Assembly: GCF_054482595.1 (NCBI RefSeq)
Contig: NZ_CM137008.1
DNA length: 64,000 nt
Strand: one strand, 5' to 3'
The position numbers were made by a program, and so were the translations under genes. The notes below the pieces were generated by a model. That model was not told where the DNA came from, did no database searches, and saw only the letters and a list, made by a program, of their open reading frames with translations. Of this stretch, positions 1-18,876 are shown piece after piece. Every line of letters starts with the position of its first letter. The first letter of the stretch is position 1.

Positions 1-107
1 CCCACATCGCAAACGTATTCACTTAATATGCACTTTAAATGCATATGGTTTGGTTATAACTCCTTGATTTCCAGTTAGCCTCCGCGGTTTATGCACTTTT
101 ATCACTG

Positions 108-123
108 GCTGGCACGAACCCTG
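108..123 (+). promoter_or_regulatory. candidate sigma54 (-24/-12) promoter of astCADBE
   Basis: tggcacgaaccctgca at 108-123 fits TGGCAC-N5-TTGCA spacing (GG 109-110, GC 121-122), about 75 bp upstream of astC ATG; ast operon is known to be nitrogen/sigma54 regulated. Confidence 0.55.
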
Positions 124-161
124 CAATCTACATTTACAGCGCAAACATTACTTATTATTAA

Positions 162-1414
<1,253 letters not shown>

Positions 1415-1418
<4 letters not shown>

Positions 1419-2445
1419 TGGTCATCCGTCCCGTTGAACGCTCAGATGTCTCGGCGCTGATGCAGCTTGCCAGCAAAACGGGCGGCGGCCTGACGTCGCT
1501 TCCCGCCAATGAAGCCACGCTTTCGGCGCGTATCGAAAGGGCAATCAAAACCTGGCAAGGCGAACTGCCCAAAAGTGAGCAGGGCTATGTGTTCGTGCTG
1601 GAAGATAGCGAGACAGGCACCGTGGCGGGGATTTGTGCCATTGAGGTGGCAGTTGGGCTGAACGATCCCTGGTACAACTATCGCGTCGGCACGCTGGTTC
1701 ACGCTTCGAAAGAGCTGAATGTCTATAACGCGCTGCCGACGCTGTTTCTCAGTAACGATCACACCGGCAGCAGCGAGCTGTGCACGCTGTTTCTCGACCC
1801 GGACTGGCGCAAAGAGGGCAACGGCTATTTGCTGTCGAAATCGCGCTTTATGTTTATGGCGGCTTTTCGCGACAAGTTTAATGACAAAGTGGTTGCTGAA
1901 ATGCGCGGGGTGATTGACGAACACGGCTATTCACCGTTCTGGCAAAGCCTCGGTAAACGCTTCTTTTCGATGGATTTTAGCCGCGCCGATTTTCTCTGCG
2001 GCACCGGGCAAAAGGCATTTATTGCAGAACTGATGCCGAAACATCCGATCTATACGCACTTTTTATCCCAGGAAGCCCAGGACGTCATCGGTCAGGTACA
2101 TCCGCAAACCGCGCCTGCCCGCGCGGTGCTGGAGAAAGAAGGTTTTCGTTACCGCAACTATATCGACATCTTCGACGGTGGGCCGACGCTTGAGTGTGAC
2201 ATCGACCGCGTGCGCGCCATCCGTAAAAGTCGGCTGGTGGAAGTGGCAGAAGGGCAGCCTGCGCAGGGCGATTTTCCGGCCTGCCTGGTCGCCAATGAAA
2301 ATTATCACCATTTCCGCGTGGTGCTGGTGCGTACCGATCCGGCAACCGAGCGTTTGATTTTAACCGCCGCACAACTCGATGCCCTCAAATGCCACGCAGG
2401 GGATCGCGTTCGTCTGGTGCGCCTGTGCGCAGAGGAGAAAACAGT

Positions 2446-2449
<4 letters not shown>
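1415..2449 (+). CDS. astA: arginine N-succinyltransferase
   Basis: 344-aa [14 protein letters not shown] start, overlaps astC stop; operon position. Confidence 0.93.
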
Positions 2450-6259
<3,810 letters not shown>

Positions 6260-6264
6260 TACTT

Positions 6265-6288
6265 ACCCGCAGAAATCATTCTGCGGGT
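6265..6288 (+). terminator. hairpin downstream of astE
   Basis: acccgcagaaatcattctgcgggt inverted repeat directly after astE stop; no strong T-run. Confidence 0.5.
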
Positions 6289-6588
6289 ATTAAGTTACTT
6301 TCTTATAAATTAATACAGATTAATCCTGGTTATTTGCTTTATTTATCACCAGTCATCCGGTATAGTTCTTCATAATCTCTGCAAAATCATCGTGTTGTAA
6401 TATTCTCTCATCACTCTCCATCAAATTTTCTTTTTTTCTCCATAATTGGCGCAAAAGTGTTTTTTACACTTTCATTGTTTTACCGTTGCTCTGATTAATT
6501 GACGCTAAAGTCAGTAAAGTTAATCTCGTCAACACGGCACGCTACTTAAGAAAGCCGTAATAAATAACTGAAAGGAAGGATATAGAAT

Positions 6589-7074
6589 ATGCGTAAATTA
6601 ACTGCACTGTTTGTTGCCTCTACCCTGGCTCTTGGCGCGGCTAACCTGGCCCATGCCGCAGACACCACTACCGCAGCACCGGCTGACGCGAAGCCGATGA
6701 TGCACCATAAAGGCAAGTTCGGTCCGCATCAGGACATGATGTTCAAAGACCTGAACCTGACCGACGCGCAAAAACAGCAGATCCGCGAAATCATGAAAGG
6801 CCAGCGTGACCAGATGAAACGTCCGCCGCTGGAAGAACGTCGCGCAATGCATGACATCATTGCCAGCGATACCTTCGATAAAGCAAAAGCTGAAGCGCAG
6901 ATCGCAAAAATGGAAGAACAGCGCAAAGCTAACATGCTGGCGCACATGGAAACCCAGAACAAAATTTACAACATCCTGACGCCGGAACAGAAAAAGCAAT
7001 TTAATGCTAATTTTGAGAAGCGTCTGACAGAACGTCCAGCGGCAAAAGGTAAAATGCCTGCAACTGCTGAATAA
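6589..7074 (+). CDS. spy: periplasmic ATP-independent chaperone Spy
   Basis: 161-aa ORF with signal peptide MRKLTALFVASTLALGAANLAHA; matches Spy from recall. Confidence 0.95.
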   Translation: MRKLTALFVASTLALGAANLAHAADTTTAAPADAKPMMHHKGKFGPHQDMMFKDLNLTDAQKQQIREIMKGQRDQMKRPPLEERRAMHDIIASDTFDKAKAEAQIAKMEEQRKANMLAHMETQNKIYNILTPEQKKQFNANFEKRLTERPAAKGKMPATAE

Positions 7075-7095
7075 TCTTTCAGCCAAAAAACTTAA

Positions 7096-7160
7096 GACCG
7101 CCGGTCTTGTCCACTACCTTGCAGTAATGCGGTGGACAGGATCGGCGGTTTTCTTTTCTC
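7096..7160 (+). terminator. spy rho-independent terminator
   Basis: long inverted repeat ccgccggtcttgtccac / gtggacaggatcggcgg followed by ttttcttttc. Confidence 0.7.
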
Positions 7161-7198
7161 TTCTCAAACAGTTGTAAAAAAAGCCTGATCACCACTAA

Positions 7199-8699
<1,501 letters not shown>

Positions 8700-8794
8700 T
8701 GTTGACTCCGAATGCTGGTTATCTATCCAGTGTAACAGGCGGGAAGCGATTAAAAAAGAGGCGGGTCGATGACAAAGGTTACACCGTCTGACGT

Positions 8795-8890
8795 GCTACG
8801 CCTGTCAGGCCTATTCGACTCCTGCAATGTATTGAATTTGCATAGTTTTGTAGGTCGAACAAGGCGTTCACGCCGCATCCGGCGTGAACA
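8795..8890. repeat. REP/BIME-like extragenic palindromic repeats
   Basis: gtaggtcgaacaaggcgttcacgccgcatccggcg (8852-8886) is a REP-like unit; a partial inverted copy (gcctgtcaggcctat) lies upstream. Confidence 0.6.
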
Positions 8891-8928
8891 AATTACTCTT
8901 TTTCGCACAATCCAATAGGTGCAAATTA

Positions 8929-9756
8929 TTACTTTTTCCAGAAATCATCGAAAACGGTAATTGGCGGACGGCGTTTATGTTCGGTTTTCAGATACCAGTT
9001 CTCTATTGTTCTGGCGACCTGTTCAGGTACGTTTTTCCCTTCCAGATAGTCGTCGATATTGTCATAGGTCACGCCGAGTGCCACTTCATCTGGCAGAGAA
9101 GGGCGATCATCTTCCAGATCGGCCGTTGGCGCTTTCTTATAAAGGTGTTCCGGGCAACCTAATGCCGCCAGTAACTGTTTACCCTGACGTTTGTTGAGAC
9201 GATACAGCGGATTAATGTCCGTACCGCCGTCACCATATTTAGTGAAGAATCCGGTAATGGCTTCTGCTGCATGATCGGTGCCCACCACGACACCGCTGGT
9301 CATACCCGCAATGCTATATTGTGCTTTCATCCGCTCACGCGCTTTTTCATTGCCACGGACAAAATCGCTCAGTTCAATGCCTGCTTCCCGCAATGCCTGC
9401 TCGCTAGCCAATACCGCGCCCTTGATATTAACGGTTAATACGCGATCCGGTTGAATAAAGGCAATGGCATCCTGGCAATCTTGTTCGTCGGCCTGAACAC
9501 CATAGGGCAGGCGTACGGCAATAAATTGCAGTGATTCGTTGCCAGTTTCCTGGCGCAGCTCATTAATCGCCATCTGGCACAGCTTTCCGGCAAGCGTGGA
9601 GTCCTGACCGCCGCTGATCCCGAGCACCAGTGATTTAATGAACGGATAAGTTTGCAGGTAGCTTTTCAGAAAATCGACACTACGACGAATTTCCTCTTCA
9701 GCATTAATCTGCGGTTTTGCGCCCAGCGCCTTTATTATTTGTTGTTGCAATGTCAT
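8929..9756 (-). CDS. nadE: NH3-dependent NAD+ synthetase
   Basis: 275-aa ORF with PP-loop motif SGGQDS. Confidence 0.95.
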
Positions 9757-9957
9757 TGAACCCCTCCAGACAGAAAAGACAAAACTTCCTTAAAGCTAAC
9801 CCGTTGCTACTGAAACGACAAGCGACAGCGGGCTGAATGGTGGTTAAAACATCATACAGGAATCCTCTGAAAGCGGAGCCGTTTCGTTCACGGGCTTGAA
9901 AAAGCGCCCAATGTATTCCAGGCTTATCTAACACGCTGATAAACAAGAGGACGGAAT

Positions 9958-10296
9958 ATGAACAAGAATATGGCAGGAATTCTGAGTGCAGCGGCGGTAT
10001 TAACCATGCTGGCGGGTTGTACGGCTTATGATCGTACTAAAGACCAGTTTGTACAGCCTGTGGTGAAAGACGTCAAAAAAGGCATGAGCCGGGCGCAGGT
10101 TGCACAAATTGCAGGTAAGCCTTCGTCTGAAGTGAGCATGATCCATGCTCGTGGTACTTGCCAGACCTACATCCTGGGTCAACGTGATGGTAAAGCAGAA
10201 ACCTACTTTGTCGCGTTAGATGATACCGGACATGTCATCAACTCCGGTTATCAGACCTGTGCTGAATACGACACTGATCCACAGGCTGCGAAGTAA
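9958..10296 (+). CDS. osmE: osmotically inducible lipoprotein OsmE
   Basis: 112-aa ORF with lipobox LAGC. Confidence 0.92.
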
Positions 10297-10330
10297 TCAC
10301 TTCGCCTGAAAGCTTGAGTTACAACGGAAA

Positions 10331-10354
10331 CCGGCCATTGCGCCGGTTTTTTTT
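10331..10354 (+). terminator. osmE rho-independent terminator
   Basis: ccggccattgcgccgg hairpin followed by an 8-T run. Confidence 0.8.
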
Positions 10355-10594
10355 GGCCTGAGTTCTTAATTATCTTCGCGAATTATTTGCCCGAAATGTG
10401 AAGAGGGTCATAACCGCAGGTCAAGGAGAGACAATTTATAAGGTCAAAGAAATACTATTGCTCAGGTCTATACCGTATACTCCTTTCAGCCACAAAAAAA
10501 GTCATGTTGGTTTCGCAAGTTACCCAGAGCATGGAAGCAGGTTAAGGCTTGCGGAGTGTCTGGCTGACAGATAATCGTCGATGAGGGCAGTTTT

Positions 10595-10915
10595 ATGGAA
10601 AAGAAACACATTTATCTGTTTTGTTCTGCGGGCATGTCTACCTCTTTACTGGTATCAAAAATGCGCGCACAGGCAGAAAAATATGAAGTTCCGGTCATTA
10701 TTGAAGCATTTCCGGAAACACTGGCTGGTGAAAAAGGTCAGAATGCCGATGTCGTGTTATTAGGGCCGCAGATTGCTTATATGTTGCCCGAAATCCAGCG
10801 TTTGTTACCCAACAAACCGGTTGAAGTAATTGACTCGCTGCTTTATGGCAAAGTCGATGGTTTAGGCGTGCTTAAGGCTGCGGTTGCAGCGATTAAAAAA
10901 GCCGCAGCAAATTAA
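10595..10915 (+). CDS. chbB: chitobiose PTS EIIB
   Basis: 106-aa ORF, first gene of chb operon. Confidence 0.93.
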   Translation: MEKKHIYLFCSAGMSTSLLVSKMRAQAEKYEVPVIIEAFPETLAGEKGQNADVVLLGPQIAYMLPEIQRLLPNKPVEVIDSLLYGKVDGLGVLKAAVAAIKKAAAN

Positions 10916-10999
10916 TTTATTTTAAATTTTCCCGTCAAAGAGTTATTTCATAAATCAATACCGCAATATTTAAATTGCGGTTTTTAAGGGTATTTTTCT

Positions 11000-12355
11000 A
11001 TGAGTAATGTTATTGCATCGCTTGAAAAGGTACTCCTCCCTTTTGCAGTTAAAATAGGAAAGCAGCCACACGTTAATGCAATCAAAAATGGCTTTATTCG
11101 CTTAATGCCGTTAACCCTTGCGGGGGCCATGTTTGTATTAATTAACAACGTTTTTCTAAGCTTTGGGGAGGGGTCGTTTTTTTATTCCTTAGGTATTCGC
11201 CTCGACGCCTCCATTGAAACACTTAATGGTCTGAAAGGTATTGGCGGCAACGTATATAACGGAACATTAGGGATAATGTCTTTAATGGCACCGTTCTTTA
11301 TTGGCATGGCGCTGGCAGAAGAGCGTAAAGTCGATGCGCTGGCGGCTGGGTTGTTATCCGTTGCAGCATTTATGACCGTCACCCCATATAGTGTCGGTGA
11401 GGCCTATGCGGTTGGCGCAAACTGGTTAGGTGGGGCGAATATCATCTCCGGGATTATTATTGGCCTGGTGGTGGCAGAAATGTTTACCTTTATTGTCCGC
11501 CGCAATTGGGTCATTAAACTGCCCGACAGCGTACCTGCTTCAGTATCGCGTTCCTTCTCGGCATTAATTCCCGGCTTTATTATTCTTTCCGTGATGGGGA
11601 TTATTGCCTGGGCGTTGAATACCTGGGGCACCAACTTCCATCAGATCATTATGGATACCATCTCAACCCCACTGGCATCGTTGGGTAGCGTGGTGGGCTG
11701 GGCCTATGTGATCTTTGTTCCACTGCTCTGGTTCTTCGGTATTCATGGCGCGCTGGCGCTGACCGCACTGGACAACGGCATTATGACGCCGTGGGCGCTG
11801 GAAAATATCGCGACCTATCAGCAATATGGTTCCGTCGAAGCGGCGCTGGCAGCCGGTAAGACCTTCCATATCTGGGCCAAGCCGATGCTGGACTCCTTTA
11901 TTTTCCTTGGGGGCAGTGGTGCGACTTTAGGCCTGATCCTGGCTATCTTTATCGCCTCTCGCCGTGCTGATTATCGTCAGGTGGCAAAACTGGCGCTGCC
12001 GTCCGGCATCTTCCAGATTAACGAACCGATTCTGTTTGGTCTGCCAATTATTATGAACCCGGTGATGTTTATCCCGTTTGTACTGGTACAACCGATTCTG
12101 GCGGCAATCACCCTGGCAGCGTACTACATGGGCATTATTCCTCCGGTGACCAATATTGCACCGTGGACCATGCCAACCGGTCTGGGAGCCTTCTTTAACA
12201 CCAACGGTAGCGTCGCCGCATTGCTGGTTGCACTCTTCAACCTTGGTATCGCAACGTTAATTTATCTGCCCTTTGTTGTGGTGGCTAACAAAGCACAAAA
12301 CGCGATTGATAAAGAAGAGAGCGAAGAAGATATCGCTAACGCCCTGAAATTTTAA
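11000..12355 (+). CDS. chbC: chitobiose PTS EIIC permease
   Basis: 451-aa polytopic membrane ORF. Confidence 0.93.
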   Translation: MSNVIASLEKVLLPFAVKIGKQPHVNAIKNGFIRLMPLTLAGAMFVLINNVFLSFGEGSFFYSLGIRLDASIETLNGLKGIGGNVYNGTLGIMSLMAPFFIGMALAEERKVDALAAGLLSVAAFMTVTPYSVGEAYAVGANWLGGANIISGIIIGLVVAEMFTFIVRRNWVIKLPDSVPASVSRSFSALIPGFIILSVMGIIAWALNTWGTNFHQIIMDTISTPLASLGSVVGWAYVIFVPLLWFFGIHGALALTALDNGIMTPWALENIATYQQYGSVEAALAAGKTFHIWAKPMLDSFIFLGGSGATLGLILAIFIASRRADYRQVAKLALPSGIFQINEPILFGLPIIMNPVMFIPFVLVQPILAAITLAAYYMGIIPPVTNIAPWTMPTGLGAFFNTNGSVAALLVALFNLGIATLIYLPFVVVANKAQNAIDKEESEEDIANALKF

Positions 12356-12405
12356 TCGATGCCGGTACGGGTAATCGTGCCGGTAAGAATAGAGAGGAAC
12401 GATAT

Positions 12406-12756
12406 ATGATGGATCTCGATAATATTCCCGATACGCAAACGGAAGCTGAAGAGCTGGAAGAAGTGGTGATGGGGCTTATCATCAACTCCGGACAAGCGCG
12501 CAGCCTGGCGTATGCGGCACTGAAACAGGCGAAGCAGGGCGATTTTGCCGCAGCAAAAGCCATGATGGATCAGTCACGGATGGCATTGAATGAAGCGCAT
12601 CTGGTACAGACGAAACTGATTGAAGGCGATGCGGGCGAAGGTAAGATGAAAGTGAGTCTGGTGCTGGTCCACGCTCAGGATCATTTAATGACGTCCATGC
12701 TTGCGCGTGAACTGATTACAGAATTAATTGAGCTTCATGAAAAACTGAAGGCATAA
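12406..12756 (+). CDS. chbA: chitobiose PTS EIIA
   Basis: 116-aa ORF. Confidence 0.93.
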   Translation: MMDLDNIPDTQTEAEELEEVVMGLIINSGQARSLAYAALKQAKQGDFAAAKAMMDQSRMALNEAHLVQTKLIEGDAGEGKMKVSLVLVHAQDHLMTSMLARELITELIELHEKLKA

Positions 12757-12763
12757 GGAGTCG

Positions 12764-13606
12764 ATGATGCAGCCAGTGATTAACGCGCCGGAAATTGCCA
12801 CTGCCCGAGAACAGCAGTTGTTTAATGGCAAAAACTTCCATGTGTTTATCTATAACAAAACTGAGAGTATCAGCGGACTGCATCAGCACGACTATTATGA
12901 ATTTACTCTGGTATTAACCGGGCGTTATTTCCAGGAGATTAACGGTAAGCGCGTGTTACTGGAACGGGGCGATTTTGTTTTTATTCCGTTAGGTTCGCAC
13001 CATCAAAGTTTTTATGAGTTTGGTGCCACGCGTATATTGAACGTTGGGATCAGTAAACGCTTTTTTGAGCAGCATTACCTGCCGTTGTTGCCTTATTGCT
13101 TTGTAGCTTCGCAGGTATACCGGACCAATAACGCTTTTCTCACCTATGTGGAAACAGTGATTTCTTCATTGAATTTCCGCGAAACAGGGCTGGAAGAGTT
13201 TGTTGAGATGGTTACTTTTTATGTCATTAACCGTTTACGTCATTACCGCGAAGAACAGGTGATTGATGATGTACCGCAGTGGCTGAAAAGTACGGTAGAA
13301 AAGATGCATGATAAAGAGCAGTTTAGTGAATCGGCGCTGGAGAATATGGTGACGTTGTCAGCCAAATCACAGGAATATTTGACGCGGGCGACTCAACGAT
13401 ATTATGGCAAAACGCCAATGCAGATTATTAATGAAATCCGTATTAATTTTGCCAAAAAACAACTGGAAATGACCAACTATTCAGTGACGGATATTGCGTT
13501 TGAGGCCGGTTATAGTAGCCCGAGTTTGTTTATTAAAACGTTTAAGAAATTAACGTCCTTTACGCCTAAGAGCTATCGTAAGAAATTGACTGAATTTAAT
13601 CAGTAA
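12764..13606 (+). CDS. chbR: AraC-family dual regulator of chb operon
   Basis: 280-aa ORF with C-terminal AraC HTH. Confidence 0.93.
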   Translation: MMQPVINAPEIATAREQQLFNGKNFHVFIYNKTESISGLHQHDYYEFTLVLTGRYFQEINGKRVLLERGDFVFIPLGSHHQSFYEFGATRILNVGISKRFFEQHYLPLLPYCFVASQVYRTNNAFLTYVETVISSLNFRETGLEEFVEMVTFYVINRLRHYREEQVIDDVPQWLKSTVEKMHDKEQFSESALENMVTLSAKSQEYLTRATQRYYGKTPMQIINEIRINFAKKQLEMTNYSVTDIAFEAGYSSPSLFIKTFKKLTSFTPKSYRKKLTEFNQ

Positions 13607-13710
13607 GTCGTTATACCTGACAATTCACATATCTGTCCTGTTGCTGGATTATTTATGTCCGGGGGGGCAGATATGCCAGATATCAGTATTCTGTACTGAA
13701 GGGAGAAATT

Positions 13711-15063
13711 ATGAGCCAGAAATTAAAAGTCGTCACTATTGGTGGCGGGAGCAGCTATACCCCGGAGTTACTGGAAGGATTTATTAAGCGTTATCACGAA
13801 TTGCCGGTCAGCGAATTATGGCTGGTGGATGTCGAAGGTGGCAAAGCTAAACTGGATATTATTTTCGATCTCTGCCAACGGATGATTGATAACGCTGGCG
13901 TCCCGATGAAGCTTTATAAAACGCTGGATCGCCGCGAAGCATTGAAAGATGCTGATTTCGTTACTACCCAACTGCGCGTAGGCCAATTACCGGCGCGCGA
14001 ACTGGATGAACGTATTCCATTAAGTCATGGTTATCTTGGTCAGGAAACCAACGGCGCGGGCGGTCTGTTTAAAGGTCTGCGTACCATTCCGGTGATTTTT
14101 GACATCGTAAAAGATGTCGAAGAACTTTGTCCGAATGCATGGGTGATTAACTTCACTAACCCGGCGGGAATGGTCACTGAAGCCGTTTATCGTCATACCG
14201 GATTTAAACGCTTTATCGGCGTGTGTAATATTCCGATCGGCATGAAGATGTTTATTCGCGATGTTCTGATGCTGAAAGACAGCGATGATTTATCTATCGA
14301 TCTGTTCGGCCTCAACCATATGGTGTTCATTAAGGATGTGCTGGTAAATGGCAAATCTCGCTTTGCCGAATTACTTGATGGTGTGGCATCCGGGCAGTTA
14401 AAAGCATCTGGCGTTAAAAATATTTTCGATCTGCCATTTAGCGAAGGCTTAATTCGTTCGCTGAATCTGTTGCCGTGTTCTTATTTGCTTTATTACTTCA
14501 AGCAAAAAGAGATGCTGGCTATTGAAATGGGCGAATACTACAAAGGCGGCGCACGAGCGCAGGTAGTACAGAAAGTCGAGAAACAACTTTTTGAGCTGTA
14601 TAAAAACCCGGAGTTGAAAGTTAAGCCGAAAGAACTGGAACAGCGCGGTGGGGCTTATTACTCTGATGCAGCGTGCGAAGTGATCAACGCTATCTACAAC
14701 GACAAGCAAGCAGAACATTACGTTAATATCCCGCATCATGGGCATATTGATAATATTCCGGCAGACTGGGCGGTAGAAATGACCTGTAAGCTGGGGCGCG
14801 ATGGCGCGACGCCACATCCGCGCATTACGCATTTCGATGATAAAGTGATGGGGCTGATTCACACCATTAAAGGCTTCGAGATTGCTGCCAGCAACGCCGC
14901 ACTTAGCGGAGAATTTAACGATGTGTTACTGGCGCTAAACCTTAGTCCGTTGGTGCATTCCGATCGCGATGCTGAGCTGCTGGCACGCGAGATGATTCTG
15001 GCGCACGAGAAATGGCTGCCAAATTTTGCCGACTGCATCGCAGAGCTTAAAAAAGCACATTAA
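13711..15063 (+). CDS. chbF: 6-phospho-beta-glucosidase (GH4)
   Basis: 450-aa ORF with N-terminal NAD-binding motif KVVTIGGGSSYTPEL. Confidence 0.93.
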   Translation: MSQKLKVVTIGGGSSYTPELLEGFIKRYHELPVSELWLVDVEGGKAKLDIIFDLCQRMIDNAGVPMKLYKTLDRREALKDADFVTTQLRVGQLPARELDERIPLSHGYLGQETNGAGGLFKGLRTIPVIFDIVKDVEELCPNAWVINFTNPAGMVTEAVYRHTGFKRFIGVCNIPIGMKMFIRDVLMLKDSDDLSIDLFGLNHMVFIKDVLVNGKSRFAELLDGVASGQLKASGVKNIFDLPFSEGLIRSLNLLPCSYLLYYFKQKEMLAIEMGEYYKGGARAQVVQKVEKQLFELYKNPELKVKPKELEQRGGAYYSDAACEVINAIYNDKQAEHYVNIPHHGHIDNIPADWAVEMTCKLGRDGATPHPRITHFDDKVMGLIHTIKGFEIAASNAALSGEFNDVLLALNLSPLVHSDRDAELLAREMILAHEKWLPNFADCIAELKKAH

Positions 15064-15834
<771 letters not shown>

Positions 15835-15852
15835 GTAAGGTGGTAAGGTCAC

Positions 15853-15880
15853 TCCCCAGGGGACGTGACCTTATCCATAT
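15853..15880. terminator. bidirectional hairpin between chbG and katE
   Basis: ggtcactccccaggggacgtgacc inverted repeat between convergent genes. Confidence 0.6.
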
Positions 15881-18142
15881 TTACGCCGGAATTTTGTCAA
15901 TCTTAGGAATGCGTGACCACACGCGGTGTGCTGCCATCAGCGTTAACAGTTCATCCATAAAACTACCGTCGGCGCTGTCAGCTTCCACAATCCCTTCTTC
16001 ACCCTGGTCAGCGACCTTGATTGTTGCTTTGAACTTGCGCGCGTCTCCCGCCAGCGCAATCGGTTTAAGGTGTTTGTAGGCTTCCATCAGGTAGTAGTTG
16101 GCATCGCCGTTGTCAGCGATATCCGCGATATTGCCGCAAGGGACAATGACCGCATCGACCGTCAGCGAAGGCGCACCGGCAAAGGTAGCGGCTATAGGCA
16201 ACACCGTACCGTCATCCGCAGTCACTTCACCCATTCGGGAGTAGAGCAGTTTGGCATGAACGCCTTTGGCCTTCAGGGCCTTGAGAATGGCCAGAAGGTC
16301 TGCCGATCTCACTTCATCATTAAGTAAAATCGCTACCACGCGACCTTTCACATCACCGTCAGGAATGGCGTACAAACTTAAGGATGGATCCTTTTTCAGA
16401 CCGTTGACGTCCGGAGGTGGGGTGATATTCAGCTGGTCGTCAGTTAGTTCGATACCGAGATTTTTCGCCACCGCCTTGGCCAGAGTGAGATCAATATGCG
16501 CCAGCTGGTCAACAACGCGCTCACGAATATAGGGACGAACGACTTTGCTTAACTCAAAACTGAAACCATCGACAATATGACGCTGCTCGAATGGCGTCTG
16601 ACTTAGCCAGAACAGACGCGGATGGGAATAATATTCGCCAAACGATGGGCTGCGCTCGCGAACTTTATTGCCTTCCACGCGCTCCTGGTATGATTCAAAA
16701 CCGCCGCGTTTCGGCCCCGGTGGTGTTTCGCGCGGCCAGTTATCGTTGATCGAGTTCGGTTCATAATTCGCCGGGTTAGTGTCGATCCCCATACGATGCA
16801 TGCCGTCACGCTGGAAATTATGGTAAGGGCAGGTCGGGCGGTTAATCGGAATCTCATGGAAATTCGGCCCACCAAGACGACTGATTTGTGTATCGGTATA
16901 GGAGAACAAACGTCCCTGCAACAGGGGATCGTTGGTGAAGTCCAGACCAGGAACAATATGACCTGGATGGAATGCTGCTTGTTCGTTTTCGGCAAAGAAG
17001 TTATCCGGATTGCGATTGAGCACCATTTTGCCGACACGCTGAACGGGCACCAGTTCTTCCGGGATCAGTTTGGTTGGATCGAGAAGATCGAAGTCGAACT
17101 TGAATTCATCTTCTTCAGGAATCAACTGGAAGCCCAGTTCGTATTCCGGAAAATCGCCTGCTTCAATGGCTTCCCACAACTCGCGGCGGTGGAAGTCCGG
17201 GTCACGTCCGGTTAGTTTTTGTGCTTCATCCCAAACGAGTGAGGCTTTACCTGCCAGTGGTTTCCAGTGGAAACGTACAAACGTTGCCTTCCCTTCGGCA
17301 TTAATCAGGCGGAAGGTATGAATACCAAAGCCTTCCATGGTGCGGTAACTGCGGGGGATGCCGCGATCCGACATCGCCCACATCACGTTGTGCAGAGTTT
17401 CAGGTTGCAGAGAAACATAATCCCAGAAAGTATCGTGGGCGCTTTGCCCTTGTGGAATTGCCCAGTGTGGTTCTGGTTTTACCGCATGAACAAAATCGGG
17501 GAATTTATGCGCATCCTGGATAAAGAAGATTGGCGTGTTATTGCCAACGAGGTCAAAAATACCCTCTTCAGTATAGAACTTGGTGGCAAAGCCACGGATA
17601 TCACGCACGGTATCGGCAGAGCCAGCACCACCCTGAACGGTAGAGAAACGTACAAATACTGGGGTGATTTTGTTCGGATCTGAGAGGAAATCCGCTTTGG
17701 TGATATCGCTTAAGCTTTTATATGGCTGGAAATAACCGTGAGCTGCTGATCCACGTGCATGAACAATACGTTCCGGGATGCGCTCATGGTCAAAGTGGGT
17801 GATTTTCTCGCGCAGAATAAAATCTTCCAGCAGCGTTGGACCACGGCTACCGGCACGCAGTGAGTTTTGATCGTCGGCGATGCGCACGCCCTGATTAGTG
17901 GTCAGCGCATAATTTTCACTGCCTTTGCGTACGTCTTCCAGAGAATTAAGTTTTTCGTTACGCGTATCAGGGGCTTTCAGGCTCCCTGGGGCGGTAGGTT
18001 GTGCACCTGGCGGTGTTGGTTCAGCCGCTGGACGATGAGAGCCGTCCTCAGGTGCCAGTGAGTCCATCCCCGGTTTCGCTTCGCTGGAATCGTGTAGTGG
18101 TGACTGGTGCTGATGTGGGTTCTTTTCGTTTTGTTGCGACAT
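15881..18142 (-). CDS. katE: catalase HPII
   Basis: 753-aa ORF, large-subunit catalase. Confidence 0.95.
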   Translation of the reverse strand: MSQQNEKNPHQHQSPLHDSSEAKPGMDSLAPEDGSHRPAAEPTPPGAQPTAPGSLKAPDTRNEKLNSLEDVRKGSENYALTTNQGVRIADDQNSLRAGSRGPTLLEDFILREKITHFDHERIPERIVHARGSAAHGYFQPYKSLSDITKADFLSDPNKITPVFVRFSTVQGGAGSADTVRDIRGFATKFYTEEGIFDLVGNNTPIFFIQDAHKFPDFVHAVKPEPHWAIPQGQSAHDTFWDYVSLQPETLHNVMWAMSDRGIPRSYRTMEGFGIHTFRLINAEGKATFVRFHWKPLAGKASLVWDEAQKLTGRDPDFHRRELWEAIEAGDFPEYELGFQLIPEEDEFKFDFDLLDPTKLIPEELVPVQRVGKMVLNRNPDNFFAENEQAAFHPGHIVPGLDFTNDPLLQGRLFSYTDTQISRLGGPNFHEIPINRPTCPYHNFQRDGMHRMGIDTNPANYEPNSINDNWPRETPPGPKRGGFESYQERVEGNKVRERSPSFGEYYSHPRLFWLSQTPFEQRHIVDGFSFELSKVVRPYIRERVVDQLAHIDLTLAKAVAKNLGIELTDDQLNITPPPDVNGLKKDPSLSLYAIPDGDVKGRVVAILLNDEVRSADLLAILKALKAKGVHAKLLYSRMGEVTADDGTVLPIAATFAGAPSLTVDAVIVPCGNIADIADNGDANYYLMEAYKHLKPIALAGDARKFKATIKVADQGEEGIVEADSADGSFMDELLTLMAAHRVWSRIPKIDKIPA

Positions 18143-18345
18143 TGAACTCGTCTCCTTAATTTATTACTGAAAGGGCCGCTGTTTTGGTCAAAAAACTCTC
18201 TAACTATAGACCACCAGCCAGACCCCGCTTCGGAGACTATTCTGGAAACGGTGTTATGAAATACACGCAAAGCGGGACGTACAGGGGCTAAATCGGCTAA
18301 ACTACAGTTTTTCTGATTTTTAATATGCGTTTAGTGAAGCCAGTA

Positions 18346-18588
18346 ATGAAGAAACCGCTCCGCCAGCAAAACCGCCAGATTATTAGCTATGTCCCACGCA
18401 CGGAACCCGCGCCGCCAGAACATGCGATAAAGATGGATTCGTTTCGTGATGTCTGGATGCTGCGTGGCAAATATGTTGCGTTTGTACTGATGGGAGAGTC
18501 ATTTCTGCGCTCACCGGCGTTTACTGTGCCTGAATCCGCCCAGCGTTGGGCAAATCAGATCCGCCAGGAAGGGGAAGTGACTGAGTAA
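18346..18588 (+). CDS. cedA: cell division modulator CedA
   Basis: ORF 18325..18588; start at MKKPLRQQNRQ gives the 80-aa CedA. Confidence 0.85.
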   Translation: MKKPLRQQNRQIISYVPRTEPAPPEHAIKMDSFRDVWMLRGKYVAFVLMGESFLRSPAFTVPESAQRWANQIRQEGEVTE

Positions 18589-18876
18589 GGATTACGTACC
18601 TCCCGGTTTTGCCGGGAGTTACATGGCCTGAAATTTTGTATTTCATTGCTACATTCATTCAAACCACCTGTAACAAAAAGCTGCCTTTGACGATCTATTG
18701 CTATAAATAAGTGATCTTTTTTCTTTAATTGTTTATTTATTTTAAAATGGTTAAGTTTTGCTAATCATGATGAGCTATTTTTGATAGTTCATCCTGTGGC
18801 GTCGCTCTTAAACTTATATTGTAAATGACTTAGATTTAAATGAGATAATAATTTTGTTAACAATATGAGGCGGGAG

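Noticed and set aside
2389-2445. N-terminal extension of astD ORF (starts [12 protein letters not shown])
   Set aside because: Overlaps astA coding sequence; ATG 2446 overlapping the astA stop gives the native [10 protein letters not shown] start
6598-7086. 162-aa reverse-strand ORF fully antisense to spy
   Set aside because: Completely overlaps a well-supported gene on the other strand; no RBS context; typical shadow ORF
16796-17215. Several 80-145-aa ORFs inside katE on both strands (for example 16796..17215, 17267..17683)
   Set aside because: All are embedded in the 753-aa catalase frame or antisense to it; chance open frames in a long gene
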